This document shows positions 47,057-56,554 of a stretch of DNA of 64,000 bases, in pieces. The translations under genes and the position numbers were made by a program. The first letter of the stretch is position 1, and each line of letters begins with the position of its first letter. The notes beneath the pieces were generated by a model, which saw only the letters and a list, made by a program, of their open reading frames with translations, was not told where the DNA came from and made no database searches. Source of the stretch: Flavobacteriales bacterium (lineage in GTDB: Bacteria; Bacteroidota; Bacteroidia; Flavobacteriales_D; Crocinitomicaceae); NCBI GenBank assembly GCA_947470515.1, contig CANITF010000005.1:50719-114718 (forward strand), in the 5' to 3' direction.

Positions 47057-48190
47057 ATGAAAAAAATACAAATGGTTGATCTAATATCGCAGTATCAGAA
47101 GATAAAGCCTGCGATTGATTCAGCAATTATGAACGTTATTGAAAATGCACAATTCATTAATGGACCAGAAGTTAGTTCTTTCCAGAGTGAATTGGAATCT
47201 TATCTTGGCGTAAAGCATGTGATTCCTTGTGCAAATGGAACAGATGCTTTGCAAATTGCGTTAATGGCACTTAATTTAAAACCGGGTGATGAAATTATTA
47301 CTCCTTCATTCACCTATATTGCTACGACTGAAGTAATGGCCTTGCTTGGATTGAAACCCGTTTTTGTTGAGGTAGATAAAGATACTTTTTGTATCGACTC
47401 AACTGTTATCGAAGCAGCAATTACTTCAAAAACAAAAGCAATAGTTCCTGTTCATTTATATGGACAAGCTGCAAATATGGATGCAATCAATAAAATTGCT
47501 AAAAAACATAACTTGTATGTGGTTGAAGATAATGCGCAAGCCATTGGAAGTGATTATTATCATGAAGATGGAAAAGTTTCTAAAACAGGAACAATCAGCG
47601 ATATTGGTTGCACGTCATTCTTTCCATCAAAAAATCTTGGTTGTTATGGTGATGGTGGTGCTATTTGCACGAACAATGATGCACTAGCTGCTAAAATGAG
47701 AATGATTGCCAATCATGGTCAAAGTAAAAGATACTACCATGATATAGTTGGCTGTAATTCACGTTTGGATAGCATTCAAGCCGCTGTTTTAAGAATTAAA
47801 TTAAGAGAGTTAGATTCATACATTATAGCTAGAAGAAAAGTTGCAGATCATTACGATGCCTTCTTTTCAGCGTATAATCAAATTAAAACTCCAGCTAGAG
47901 GAAAAGAATCGAACCATGTATTTCATCAATACACCTTGAAATTAGAAGGATTAGATCGTGATGCTTTAAATGTTTTTTTGGCAACAAAAGATGTTCCTTC
48001 CATGATTTATTATCCGGTTCCTGCACATAGACAAAAAATGTTCTCGGCATTTGGAAGTGAAAATACTGTGCTACCTATTACAGACTGGTTAACAGAAAGG
48101 GTAATTTCGTTGCCGATTCATACTGAAATGGAAGCGGATCAATTGAATCTTATTTGTTCTTCAGTTGCAGAATTTATTAATCAACAATAG
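47057..48190 (+). CDS. DegT/DnrJ/EryC1/StrS-family sugar aminotransferase (WbpE/WlbC-like)
   Basis: FINGPEV, ANGTDAL, a SFFPSKNLGCYGDGG PLP-lysine region, and HQY...LP. The WbpD/B/A-like genes are nearby. Confidence 0.88.
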   Translation: MKKIQMVDLISQYQKIKPAIDSAIMNVIENAQFINGPEVSSFQSELESYLGVKHVIPCANGTDALQIALMALNLKPGDEIITPSFTYIATTEVMALLGLKPVFVEVDKDTFCIDSTVIEAAITSKTKAIVPVHLYGQAANMDAINKIAKKHNLYVVEDNAQAIGSDYYHEDGKVSKTGTISDIGCTSFFPSKNLGCYGDGGAICTNNDALAAKMRMIANHGQSKRYYHDIVGCNSRLDSIQAAVLRIKLRELDSYIIARRKVADHYDAFFSAYNQIKTPARGKESNHVFHQYTLKLEGLDRDALNVFLATKDVPSMIYYPVPAHRQKMFSAFGSENTVLPITDWLTERVISLPIHTEMEADQLNLICSSVAEFINQQ

Positions 48191-48211
48191 CCAAAATCCC
48201 AAATTGAGAAT

Positions 48212-49525
48212 ATGAAAAAAATTGCAGTTGTTGGCACAGGTTATGTTGGATTAGTCACTGGAACATGTTTCGCTGAAACGGGAAATCATGTAGTTTGTAT
48301 TGACATTGATAAGAACAAGGTTGATAAAATGCTGAATGGGGAAATCCCTATTTATGAGCCGAATCTTTCTGTTTTATTTGAACGAAATATAAAAGCGAAT
48401 CGTTTGAACTTTACAACGGATTTAGTAGACGGGATAAAGGATGCTGAAATAATATTTTTAGCATTGCCTACACCTCCAGGTGAAGATGGATCAGCTGATT
48501 TATCCTATATTTTAGGAGTTGCGGAACAGCTTGGAAAGATAATGACTGACTATAAAGTTATTGTAGATAAGAGTACAGTTCCGGTCGGCACAGCAGAGAA
48601 AGTGCACAATATGATAGCGAAAAATGCGTCAGTTGATTTTGATGTTGTTTCGAATCCAGAATTTTTAAGAGAGGGTTTTGCTGTTGATGATTTTATGAAG
48701 CCAGATAGAGTGGTGATAGGAAGTTCATCTGAAAAAGCACAGAAAATAATGGAACAATTGTATAAGCCATTTGTGCGACAAGGAAATCCGATTTTATTTA
48801 TGGATGAAAAGTCGGCTGAATTGACAAAATATGCTGCTAATTCGTTTTTGGCGACCAAAATTACGTTCATGAATGAAATTGCCAATTTCTGTGAGTTGGT
48901 TGGAGCGGATGTTGATAAAGTGCGCATCGGTATTGGTTCTGATGATCGCATTGGAAAACGATTTCTTTTCCCTGGAATTGGATACGGAGGTTCATGTTTT
49001 CCAAAAGATGTTCAAGCTTTGGTTAATTCAGGAAATGAAAATGCTTTTTCATTTGAGATTTTGAAAGCCGTAATGAATGTCAATGAAAATCAAAAAACAA
49101 TCTTACTACCGAAAATCAAGAACTACTTTAGAGGAAATTTAGAAGGTAAAAAGATTGCACTTTGGGGATTGGCTTTTAAACCAGATACAGATGATATTCG
49201 TGAAGCACCAGCGTTGTATATGATTGACGCTTTAACGAAAGAAGGAGCTACAATTTGTGCTTATGATCCAGAAGCAATGAAAAATATTGAGAAAGAAATT
49301 GGGGATAAAATTTCTTATGCAAATAATGAATATGAAGCTTTAATAAATGCTGATGCACTTGTTATTTGTACCGAATGGGGAGTTTTTAGAAATCCGGATT
49401 TTGATAGAATAGGTGAATTGCTGAAAGATAAAGTGATTTTCGACGGTCGAAATTTATTCGACTCAGAAGAAATGAACGAAAAAGGATTTTATTATAATTC
49501 GATCGGACGCAAAACAGTTAAATAA
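48212..49525 (+). CDS. ugd: UDP-glucose 6-dehydrogenase
   Basis: IAVVGTGYVGLVTG, NPEFLREG, GYGGSCFPKD (catalytic Cys), and LAFKPDTDDIREAP. Confidence 0.92.
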   Translation: MKKIAVVGTGYVGLVTGTCFAETGNHVVCIDIDKNKVDKMLNGEIPIYEPNLSVLFERNIKANRLNFTTDLVDGIKDAEIIFLALPTPPGEDGSADLSYILGVAEQLGKIMTDYKVIVDKSTVPVGTAEKVHNMIAKNASVDFDVVSNPEFLREGFAVDDFMKPDRVVIGSSSEKAQKIMEQLYKPFVRQGNPILFMDEKSAELTKYAANSFLATKITFMNEIANFCELVGADVDKVRIGIGSDDRIGKRFLFPGIGYGGSCFPKDVQALVNSGNENAFSFEILKAVMNVNENQKTILLPKIKNYFRGNLEGKKIALWGLAFKPDTDDIREAPALYMIDALTKEGATICAYDPEAMKNIEKEIGDKISYANNEYEALINADALVICTEWGVFRNPDFDRIGELLKDKVIFDGRNLFDSEEMNEKGFYYNSIGRKTVK

Positions 49526-49542
49526 ATTACAATTTAATCCAT

Positions 49543-49566
49543 CTATGTGCACTATGTGCCTATGTG
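49543..49566. repeat. Three closely spaced CTATGTG words (CTATGTGCA CTATGTGC CTATGTG) followed by GTTTAAAATT
   Basis: Closely resembles 19935-19968 (CTATGTTTTCTATGTGTCTATGTGTTTTAAAATT) in the repeat island. Confidence 0.85.
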
Positions 49567-49590
49567 GTTTAAAATTGAGTATTGTGTTTT

Positions 49591-49629
49591 GAATTACGAA
49601 TTACGAATCACGAATTACGAATTACGAAT
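49591..49629. repeat. Heptamer tandem array GAATTAC GAATTAC GAATCAC GAATTAC GAATTAC GAAT
   Basis: Read directly. There are 5.5 copies with one substitution, ending 20 nt upstream of the next start codon. Confidence 0.95.
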
Positions 49630-49649
49630 GTTGTTGATTAAACAAAAAA

Positions 49650-50645
49650 ATGGAAGAACGTAAACGCATATTAATAACAGGAGCGGCAGGATTTTTAGGA
49701 TCTCACTTATGTGACCGATTCATAAATGACGGATTCCACGTTATTGCAATGGATAATTTGATTACTGGACGTCTTAAGAACATTGAGCATTTATTCAATT
49801 TGGAGAATTTTGAGTTTTATCACCACGATGTTTCAAAATTTATTCATGTTCCAGGAAAATTGGATTATATCCTTCATTTTGCATCACCTGCTAGTCCAAT
49901 AGATTATTTAAAAATTCCAATTCAAACACTTAAAGTTGGTTCTTTAGGAATTCATAATTGTTTGGGATTGGCAAAGCAAAAAGGCGCACGTTTAATGATT
50001 GCATCAACTTCTGAAGTATATGGAGACCCAACTGTACATCCTCAACCTGAAGATTATTGGGGAAATGTTAATCCAGTTGGTCCACGCGGTGTATATGATG
50101 AAGCAAAACGTTTTCAAGAAGCAATTACGATGGCTTACCATAATTTCCATGGATTAGAAACTCGTATTGTACGGATTTTTAATACGTATGGTCCACGAAT
50201 GCGGCTAAATGATGGTCGTGTCTTGCCTGCATTTATTGGTCAAGCATTGCGTGGAGAAGATTTAACAATTTTCGGAGATGGTTCTCAAACAAGATCGTTC
50301 TGCTATGTAGATGATTTAGTTGAAGGAATTGTTCGATTATTAAACAGTGATTATGCTTATCCTGTGAATATTGGAAATCCTTCTGAAATTTCTATTAAAG
50401 ATTTTGCTGAAGAAATTATTAAATTGACTGGTACATCTCAAAAAGTAATTTACACAGATTTACCTGTTGATGACCCAAAGCAACGTCAACCAGATACTAC
50501 CCGAGCGAAAGCATTGTTAAATTGGGAGGCAAAAGTTGGAAGGGCTGAAGGTTTGAAAATTACGTATGATTATTTTAAAAGCCTTTCAAAGGAAGAGTTG
50601 ATGCAAACAGATCACAATGATTTTGATAAATATATAATACGATAA
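49650..50645 (+). CDS. UDP-glucuronate decarboxylase (UDP-xylose synthase)
   Basis: [33 protein letters not shown] and [10 protein letters not shown] are hallmarks of the UXS subfamily of SDRs. It lies downstream of ugd. Confidence 0.88.
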   Translation: MEERKRILITGAAGFLGSHLCDRFINDGFHVIAMDNLITGRLKNIEHLFNLENFEFYHHDVSKFIHVPGKLDYILHFASPASPIDYLKIPIQTLKVGSLGIHNCLGLAKQKGARLMIASTSEVYGDPTVHPQPEDYWGNVNPVGPRGVYDEAKRFQEAITMAYHNFHGLETRIVRIFNTYGPRMRLNDGRVLPAFIGQALRGEDLTIFGDGSQTRSFCYVDDLVEGIVRLLNSDYAYPVNIGNPSEISIKDFAEEIIKLTGTSQKVIYTDLPVDDPKQRQPDTTRAKALLNWEAKVGRAEGLKITYDYFKSLSKEELMQTDHNDFDKYIIR

Positions 50646-51217
50646 TGGGATATTTTTCACACGAAACGGCAGTGATTGATGAGCGTTGTGCTATTGGAGA
50701 AGGAACCAAAATATGGCATTTTTCACATATTATGTCTGATTGTACAATTGGAGAAGGTTGTAATATTGGTCAAAATGTTGTTGTATCACCAGGTGTTAAA
50801 TTGGGGAATAATGTAAAAATTCAAAATAACGTTTCTCTTTATACGGGCGTTGAATGTGAAGATGACGTTTTTTTAGGACCTTCTATGGTTTTTACAAATG
50901 TTACAAATCCGCGCAGTGGAGTAAATAGAAGAGATCAATATTCAAAAACAATCGTTCGAAAAGGGGCAAGTATTGGTGCAAACGCTACAATAGTATGCGG
51001 TCACGATATTGGAGAATATGCCTTTATTGGTGCTGGAGCAGTGGTTACAAAAACAGTTCTTCCCTTTGCTCTTGTTGTTGGTAATCCAGCTCGTCAAATA
51101 GGGTGGATGAGTGAATTTGGACACCGTTTAGAATTTGATGAGATGGGCAAAGCAATTTGTACCGAAAGTCATCAGGAATATAGTTTGGAAAAAGGATTGG
51201 TTACTAGAATTAAATAA
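50645..51217 (+). CDS. Left-handed beta-helix N-acetyltransferase (WbpD/WlbB-like)
   Basis: 190 aa of hexapeptide repeats. The N-terminus HETAVIDERCAIGEGTKIWHFSHI is typical of WlbB-type UDP-2-acetamido-3-amino-2,3-dideoxy-glucuronate N-acetyltransferases. Confidence 0.8.
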   Translation: MGYFSHETAVIDERCAIGEGTKIWHFSHIMSDCTIGEGCNIGQNVVVSPGVKLGNNVKIQNNVSLYTGVECEDDVFLGPSMVFTNVTNPRSGVNRRDQYSKTIVRKGASIGANATIVCGHDIGEYAFIGAGAVVTKTVLPFALVVGNPARQIGWMSEFGHRLEFDEMGKAICTESHQEYSLEKGLVTRIK

Positions 51218-51301
51218 AATGGTAAAATGATTATGGTAGCGTCTACGATTCATCGAGACGGAATTCCAAATCACGAATCACAAATTAATAAATTGAGAAG
51301 C

Positions 51302-52339
51302 ATGATCAAAGAAGATCAAAAAATTAAATTTGCGGTTATTGGTGCTGGCCATATTGGAAAGCGACATGCTGAAATGATTAGCCGTGAATCAGAAGCAGAA
51401 TTGGTGGCATTAGTTGATAGCCGTTCGAAAGAAGAATGTGGTGCACATGATTTTAATGTGCCATTTTTCTCGACGGTTGAAGAATTAATGGCATCAGGAT
51501 TAGATTTTGATGTTGTGAATGTGTGCACGCCAAACGGATTACATGCTGAACAAAGTTTGAAAGCTTTAGAAGCAAAAAAACATGTCGTTTGTGAAAAGCC
51601 TATGGGTTTAACGAAAGACGCGTGTGAAAAGATGATCTTTAAATCGCTTCAAGTTTCTCGACAAGTTTTTTGTGTAATGCAAAATAGATATTCTCCGCCA
51701 TCGGAATGGATTAAATCATTGATTGAAAACGGAACAATGGGAAAAACATTCATGGTTCAATTGAATTGTTATTGGAACCGTGATGACAGATACTATAAAA
51801 AAGGAGGCTGGAAAGGAACACAAGATTTGGATGGTGGAACCTTATTCACTCAATTCTCTCACTTCATTGATATTATGTATTGGTTATTTGGAGATATTGA
51901 TAACATTCAAGGAAAATTTGCCGATTTCACGCATAAAAATTCAACAGATTTTGAAGATTCTGGTTTTGTGAGTTTTGATTTTGTTGATGGTGGAATGGGA
52001 TGCATTAACTATTCTACAGCTGTTGCCAATCAAAATCTTGAAAGTTCAATTACCATAATCGGAGAAAAAGGAAGTGTGAAAATTGGTGGTCAGTATATGA
52101 ATGAAGTTGAAGTTTGCAACATTCAAGATTATGAAATGCCTATATTAGCACCAACAAATCCAGGAAATGATTATGGTGCGTACAAAGGTTCTGCAGCAAA
52201 TCATAATTATGTTATTAGAAATGTGATTGATACGTTAAAAGGAAGAACATCAGCAACAACAAATGCTTTGGAAGGTTTAAAAGTTGTTGAAATTATTGAA
52301 AGAATTTATAAAGTAAGAAATGAGCAATTCAATTTATAA
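51302..52339 (+). CDS. Gfo/Idh/MocA-family oxidoreductase (WbpB/WlbA-like)
   Basis: IKFAVIGAGHIGKRHA Rossmann motif and a CEKPM motif. The preferred start is MIKEDQK (ATG at 51302) rather than the listed 51227. Confidence 0.8.
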   Translation: MIKEDQKIKFAVIGAGHIGKRHAEMISRESEAELVALVDSRSKEECGAHDFNVPFFSTVEELMASGLDFDVVNVCTPNGLHAEQSLKALEAKKHVVCEKPMGLTKDACEKMIFKSLQVSRQVFCVMQNRYSPPSEWIKSLIENGTMGKTFMVQLNCYWNRDDRYYKKGGWKGTQDLDGGTLFTQFSHFIDIMYWLFGDIDNIQGKFADFTHKNSTDFEDSGFVSFDFVDGGMGCINYSTAVANQNLESSITIIGEKGSVKIGGQYMNEVEVCNIQDYEMPILAPTNPGNDYGAYKGSAANHNYVIRNVIDTLKGRTSATTNALEGLKVVEIIERIYKVRNEQFNL

Positions 52340-53624
52340 TAAATTACTTAAAAAAGACGCAAAACTGGCCGTTATTGGTTTGGGTTATGTTGGTTTACCA
52401 ATTGCCTTAGAATTTGCGCGAAAAATCAAAGTTGTAGGTTTTGATATCAATCAAGATAGAGTCGATTTGATGCAAAAGCAAATTGATCCAAGTAATGAAT
52501 TAGAAGCTTCGGCTTTTGATGGTTGTGATATACACTTTTCAGCAGATATAAATGATTTAAAAGACGTACAATTTTTCATTGTAGCAGTTCCAACACCAAT
52601 CGACGATGCAAATTTGCCAAACTTGAGACCGTTATTAGGTGCTTCTGGCACTGTTGGCAAAGTCTTGAAAAAAGGAGATTATGTGGTTTTTGAATCTACT
52701 GTTTACCCAGGATGCACGGAAGAAGATTGTATTCCAATTTTAGAAGCAGAATCTGGATTGAATTTCAAAGAAGATTTTAAAGTTGGTTACTCACCAGAAC
52801 GAATTAATCCAGGAGATAAAGAACATACATTGCAAAATGTTGTAAAAGTTGTGTCAGGATGTTGTGAAGAATCATTGGAAGAAATAGCAAAAACGTATGA
52901 ATTGGTCGTTGCTGCTGGAGTTCATAGAGCTACAACAATAAAAGTTGCTGAAGCTGCAAAAATCATAGAAAATACACAACGTGATTTGAATATTGCATTG
53001 ATGAATGAATTGTCTATTATTTTTAATAAGCTGAAAATAAACACGTTTGATGTATTAGAAGCAGCAGGAACTAAATGGAACTTTTTAAAGTTTTCTCCAG
53101 GTTTAGTTGGTGGACACTGTATCGGTGTTGATCCATACTATTTAACACACAAAGCTCAACAAGCTGGATACCATTCAAAAGTAATTACAAGTGGTAGGTA
53201 TGTGAATGATTCAATGGGAGCTTATATTGCTGATCAAGCTGTTAAGAAAATAATTGCTCAAGGAAAACATATTCAAGATGCAAAAGTTCTTGTTATGGGA
53301 GCTACTTTTAAGGAAGATGTTAGTGATATTCGGAATTCAAAAGTAATTGATGTTGTGAATGAATTAAAATCATTTTTAGTTCATGTTGATTTAATTGATC
53401 CACATGCTTCTTCAGATGAAATGTTTCATGAATATGGAATTGGTTTAATTGAAAAACCTGCAAACGATTATGATGCAATAATAGTTGCTGTAAATCATCA
53501 AGAATATAAATCTATTTCAGAAAATGATTTTAAAGATTTATTAAAGGATGGTAAAGGTCTTTTCGTAGATATCAAAGGGATATTTAAGAATAAAATCAAG
53601 GATTTAGAATATTGGTCATTGTAG
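52320..53624 (+). CDS. UDP-N-acetyl-D-hexosamine 6-dehydrogenase (WbpA/TviB/WecC-like nucleotide-sugar dehydrogenase)
   Basis: LAVIGLGYVGLPIA, YSPERINPGD, GGHCIGVDP (catalytic Cys), and ATFKEDVSDIRNS. Confidence 0.85.
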   Translation: MSNSIYNKLLKKDAKLAVIGLGYVGLPIALEFARKIKVVGFDINQDRVDLMQKQIDPSNELEASAFDGCDIHFSADINDLKDVQFFIVAVPTPIDDANLPNLRPLLGASGTVGKVLKKGDYVVFESTVYPGCTEEDCIPILEAESGLNFKEDFKVGYSPERINPGDKEHTLQNVVKVVSGCCEESLEEIAKTYELVVAAGVHRATTIKVAEAAKIIENTQRDLNIALMNELSIIFNKLKINTFDVLEAAGTKWNFLKFSPGLVGGHCIGVDPYYLTHKAQQAGYHSKVITSGRYVNDSMGAYIADQAVKKIIAQGKHIQDAKVLVMGATFKEDVSDIRNSKVIDVVNELKSFLVHVDLIDPHASSDEMFHEYGIGLIEKPANDYDAIIVAVNHQEYKSISENDFKDLLKDGKGLFVDIKGIFKNKIKDLEYWSL

Positions 53625-53669
53625 GGCCGAATTGCATTAGACCATACAAATTACCAAAACACATTATAT

Positions 53670-54725
53670 ATGCCATTTTCAAAAAGAATATTAGTTACTG
53701 GAGGAGCTGGATTTATCGGTTCTCATTTGGTGCGATTGTTTGTCAATAAATACCCAAATTATCAAATTATCAATTTCGATAAATTAACCTATGCGGGGAA
53801 TCTTGAAAACTTGAAAGATGTTGATTCGGCTCCTAATTATGTTTTTGTAAAAGGTGACATAGTTTCAATTAATGATGTTCAAGAAGTTTTTGAAAATTTT
53901 GCAATTTCTGATGTCATACATTTAGCAGCAGAATCCCATGTTGATCGTTCAATAGAAGGTCCCATGGATTTTGTGATGACGAATGTTGTTGGAACAGTAA
54001 ATTTATTGCAGGCGGCAAAAGAAAGCTGGAAGGAAGGTGAGCATGTATTTCACCATGTATCGACGGATGAGGTTTACGGTAGTTTAGGGGATGAAGGATT
54101 TTTCACGGAGGAAACACCTTTCGACCCAAGAAGTCCTTATTCAGCGTCGAAAGCATCTTCCGATCATTTTGTTTCAGCATTTTTTCATACATATGGCTTG
54201 CCTATAAAAATGTCTAATTGTTCAAATAATTACGGCAGTCATCATTTTCCGGAGAAGTTAATTCCATTGATGATTCTCAATATTCAAAATAACAAACCTC
54301 TGCCGGTTTACGGTAAAGGTGAAAACATTCGTGATTGGTTGTGGGTGGAAGATCATGTAAAAGCAATTGATACCATTTTCCATAATGGAACGGTTGGAGA
54401 ATCATACAATGTGGGTGGATTAAACGAGTGGACGAATATTGATCTTGTTCGTTTTTTATGTCGAATGATGGATGAAAAATTGAACCGCGAAAAAGGTGAA
54501 TCAGAGAAATTGATTACTTATGTTTCAGATCGCAAAGGACATGATATGCGTTATGCTATTGATGCTTCAAAATTGGAAAACGAATTAGGATGGAAACCAT
54601 CAATTACATTTGAAGAAGGCTTGGAAAAAACAGTTGATTGGTATTTGAATAATCAAGAATGGATAGAAAAAGTTACTTCTGGCGACTATCAGTCATATTA
54701 CAAAGAAATGTATGCCAACCGCTAA
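53670..54725 (+). CDS. rfbB: dTDP-glucose 4,6-dehydratase
   Basis: ILVTGGAGFIGSHLV, DKLTYAGNLENL, STDEVYG, YSASKASSDH, and RDWLWVEDH. Confidence 0.92.
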   Translation: MPFSKRILVTGGAGFIGSHLVRLFVNKYPNYQIINFDKLTYAGNLENLKDVDSAPNYVFVKGDIVSINDVQEVFENFAISDVIHLAAESHVDRSIEGPMDFVMTNVVGTVNLLQAAKESWKEGEHVFHHVSTDEVYGSLGDEGFFTEETPFDPRSPYSASKASSDHFVSAFFHTYGLPIKMSNCSNNYGSHHFPEKLIPLMILNIQNNKPLPVYGKGENIRDWLWVEDHVKAIDTIFHNGTVGESYNVGGLNEWTNIDLVRFLCRMMDEKLNREKGESEKLITYVSDRKGHDMRYAIDASKLENELGWKPSITFEEGLEKTVDWYLNNQEWIEKVTSGDYQSYYKEMYANR

Positions 54726-54728
54726 TAA

Positions 54729-55472
54729 ATGAGCTTTTATTCAACTCTTTTTAAGAAAAAAGCGCCTTTAGAATTATTTGATCTTTCTAAAATTGGAATT
54801 GATATGCACAGTCATTTAATTCCTGGAATTGATGATGGTTCTAGAAGCATGGATGAAACAATTGCTATGTTGGCCAAATTTGAATCTTTGGGTTATAAAA
54901 AGATTATAACGACTCCTCATATCATGCAAGAAGTGTATCCTAATACTTCTGAAATTATTAATCTTGGATTAAAACAAGTTCAAGAAACAGCTAAATCTCT
55001 TGGATTATCGATTGAAATTGAAGCTGCAGCAGAGTATTATTTCGATGACCATTTAATAGAGTTAATTAAACAGAAAGATATTTTGTCTTTTGGCGATAAT
55101 TATGTACTTGTTGAATTCTCATTTCATACGCCTCCAATTTTTGAAGACCAATTGTTTTTTGAAATGCAAATGGCTAAATACAAGCCAGTTCTTGCTCATT
55201 TCGAACGCTACCCTTATTTCCATGATTCTTTGGATAAAGCCAAGGAATATAGAGAGAAAGGTGTTAATATTCAAGTCAACCTCAATTCATTGACTGGTCA
55301 TTATGGTCCACAAGTGCGTAAGCAAGCAGAAAAATTAATTGATGCAAACCTTGTCGATTTTGTCGGTTCTGATTGCCACAGAATGCAACACCTGATGATG
55401 CTAGAAGAACATTTATCAAATCCGTATTTTCACAAATTAGAAAAGTTGAATTTGAAGAATGGGGAGCTGTAA
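54729..55472 (+). CDS. PHP-domain protein-tyrosine phosphatase (CpsB/CapC type)
   Basis: IDMHSHLIPGIDDGS at the N-terminus, TPH, and a later GSDCH motif. ~247 aa. Confidence 0.82.
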   Translation: MSFYSTLFKKKAPLELFDLSKIGIDMHSHLIPGIDDGSRSMDETIAMLAKFESLGYKKIITTPHIMQEVYPNTSEIINLGLKQVQETAKSLGLSIEIEAAAEYYFDDHLIELIKQKDILSFGDNYVLVEFSFHTPPIFEDQLFFEMQMAKYKPVLAHFERYPYFHDSLDKAKEYREKGVNIQVNLNSLTGHYGPQVRKQAEKLIDANLVDFVGSDCHRMQHLMMLEEHLSNPYFHKLEKLNLKNGEL

Positions 55473-55559
55473 ATAATATTTAAAAATAATTGATTTTTCC
55501 TTGAGAAAATTCGACTGTAACTTTACAAACAAGTAAATTGTTTTAGCTTAAATTCTTAA

Positions 55560-56381
55560 ATGAGATACATACTACTTTTCCTTTCAACTGCATTATGTTT
55601 AAGTTCAAATGCTCAACAAGTATATGGATCAATTTCTATCGGCGAGCAATTGATTATTGAAGGTGATCAGGCAGCATTTTCGAAAACAAATGCTTATCTT
55701 CAAATCTCAACTCCTTGGTTATGGAGTTATGATTTTATTTCTTTTAAACGGTTGACTAATTTTGACCTTAGTTTTGGTTATTTAATGAATAACAATTTAG
55801 GCATCGAATTGACGTCAACTTATTTGAAACCTTCAAATTCTGAAGTATTTGCAAATTATGTAACAAAAACTCTATCAGGTAATTTTTTCAGGATAAATCC
55901 CAAAATTGTAGTGAATTTGAATTTGAATAAATTTCAATTCTATTCTAAAGTAGGATTTATTATTGGAGCTGGTCAGATTAGATATAATCAATATTTCCAA
56001 AATGATGGAACTATGAATGTGAGTGCTGAAAATGAATCACTCGTTTATTTATATAATGGAGGAACATCATATGGATTTAATACTAGCATTGGCTTTAGTA
56101 AGAAGGTGTCAAAAAAGATTTATGTTTATACTGAAATCAATGCCGTCAGTCAAAATTTTAGTCCAACAAAAGGGAAAACTATTGAACATAAAATTGATGG
56201 CCAAGATGTTTTGACAAATAATATGAAACCATATACAAATGAAATAGAATTTTGTAATGACCAGGAATTCGTGCCATTTACAGCGGATAATGCAAATCCA
56301 CAAAAGTTATATAAACACGCATATTCCCTTGGAGGTTATGGCTTAACTATCGGTGTCAAATTCATTTTATGGAAAAAGTAG
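55560..56381 (+). CDS. Hypothetical outer-membrane beta-barrel protein
   Basis: Signal peptide MRYILLFLSTALCLSSNAQ and alternating hydrophobic strands. A terminal aromatic-rich strand (GLTIGVKFILW) lies near the C-terminus. Confidence 0.55.
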   Translation: MRYILLFLSTALCLSSNAQQVYGSISIGEQLIIEGDQAAFSKTNAYLQISTPWLWSYDFISFKRLTNFDLSFGYLMNNNLGIELTSTYLKPSNSEVFANYVTKTLSGNFFRINPKIVVNLNLNKFQFYSKVGFIIGAGQIRYNQYFQNDGTMNVSAENESLVYLYNGGTSYGFNTSIGFSKKVSKKIYVYTEINAVSQNFSPTKGKTIEHKIDGQDVLTNNMKPYTNEIEFCNDQEFVPFTADNANPQKLYKHAYSLGGYGLTIGVKFILWKK

Positions 56382-56436
56382 CAAGCATTAGATTCTGATC
56401 TTTAGAAGATATTCTAATCGTCTTTAATGAACTCGG

Positions 56437-56466
56437 CATCTCGACTGTCGCTCGATGTCCTCATTG
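56437..56466. repeat. 30-nt dispersed core CATCTCGACTGTCGCTCGATGTCCTCATTG (inverted copy of 41079-41108)
   Basis: 28/30 identical to the reverse complement of 41079-41108. It contains GACTGTCGCTC, also present in the 2410-2477 hairpin. Confidence 0.9.
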
Positions 56467-56480
56467 GTCGGGGAGAGTAA

Positions 56481-56550
56481 AAACTCTAAACTCTAAACTC
56501 TAAACTATCAGTTATAAACTCGTCACTCATCTCTTATCGTTCATCACTCT
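56481..56550. repeat. Period-7 array: (AAACTCT)x3, AAACTAT, CAGTTAT, AAACTCG, TCACTCA, TCTCTTA, TCGTTCA, TCACTCT
   Basis: Read directly. Its 3' part (56509-56550) is homologous to 29431-29487, and it ends 5 nt from the acs stop codon. Confidence 0.9.
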
Positions 56551-56554
56551 AAAA

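Noticed and set aside
24649-48951. Long antisense ORFs (24649-25041, 31007-31414, 40005-40418, 41244-41600, 43224-43616, 48550-48951; 118-137 aa)
   Set aside because: Each lies fully inside, and opposite to, a gene with strong motif support (pheT, vWA, ribD, MFS, ahpC, ugd). Their sequences are low-complexity with no motifs, which is typical of shadow ORFs.
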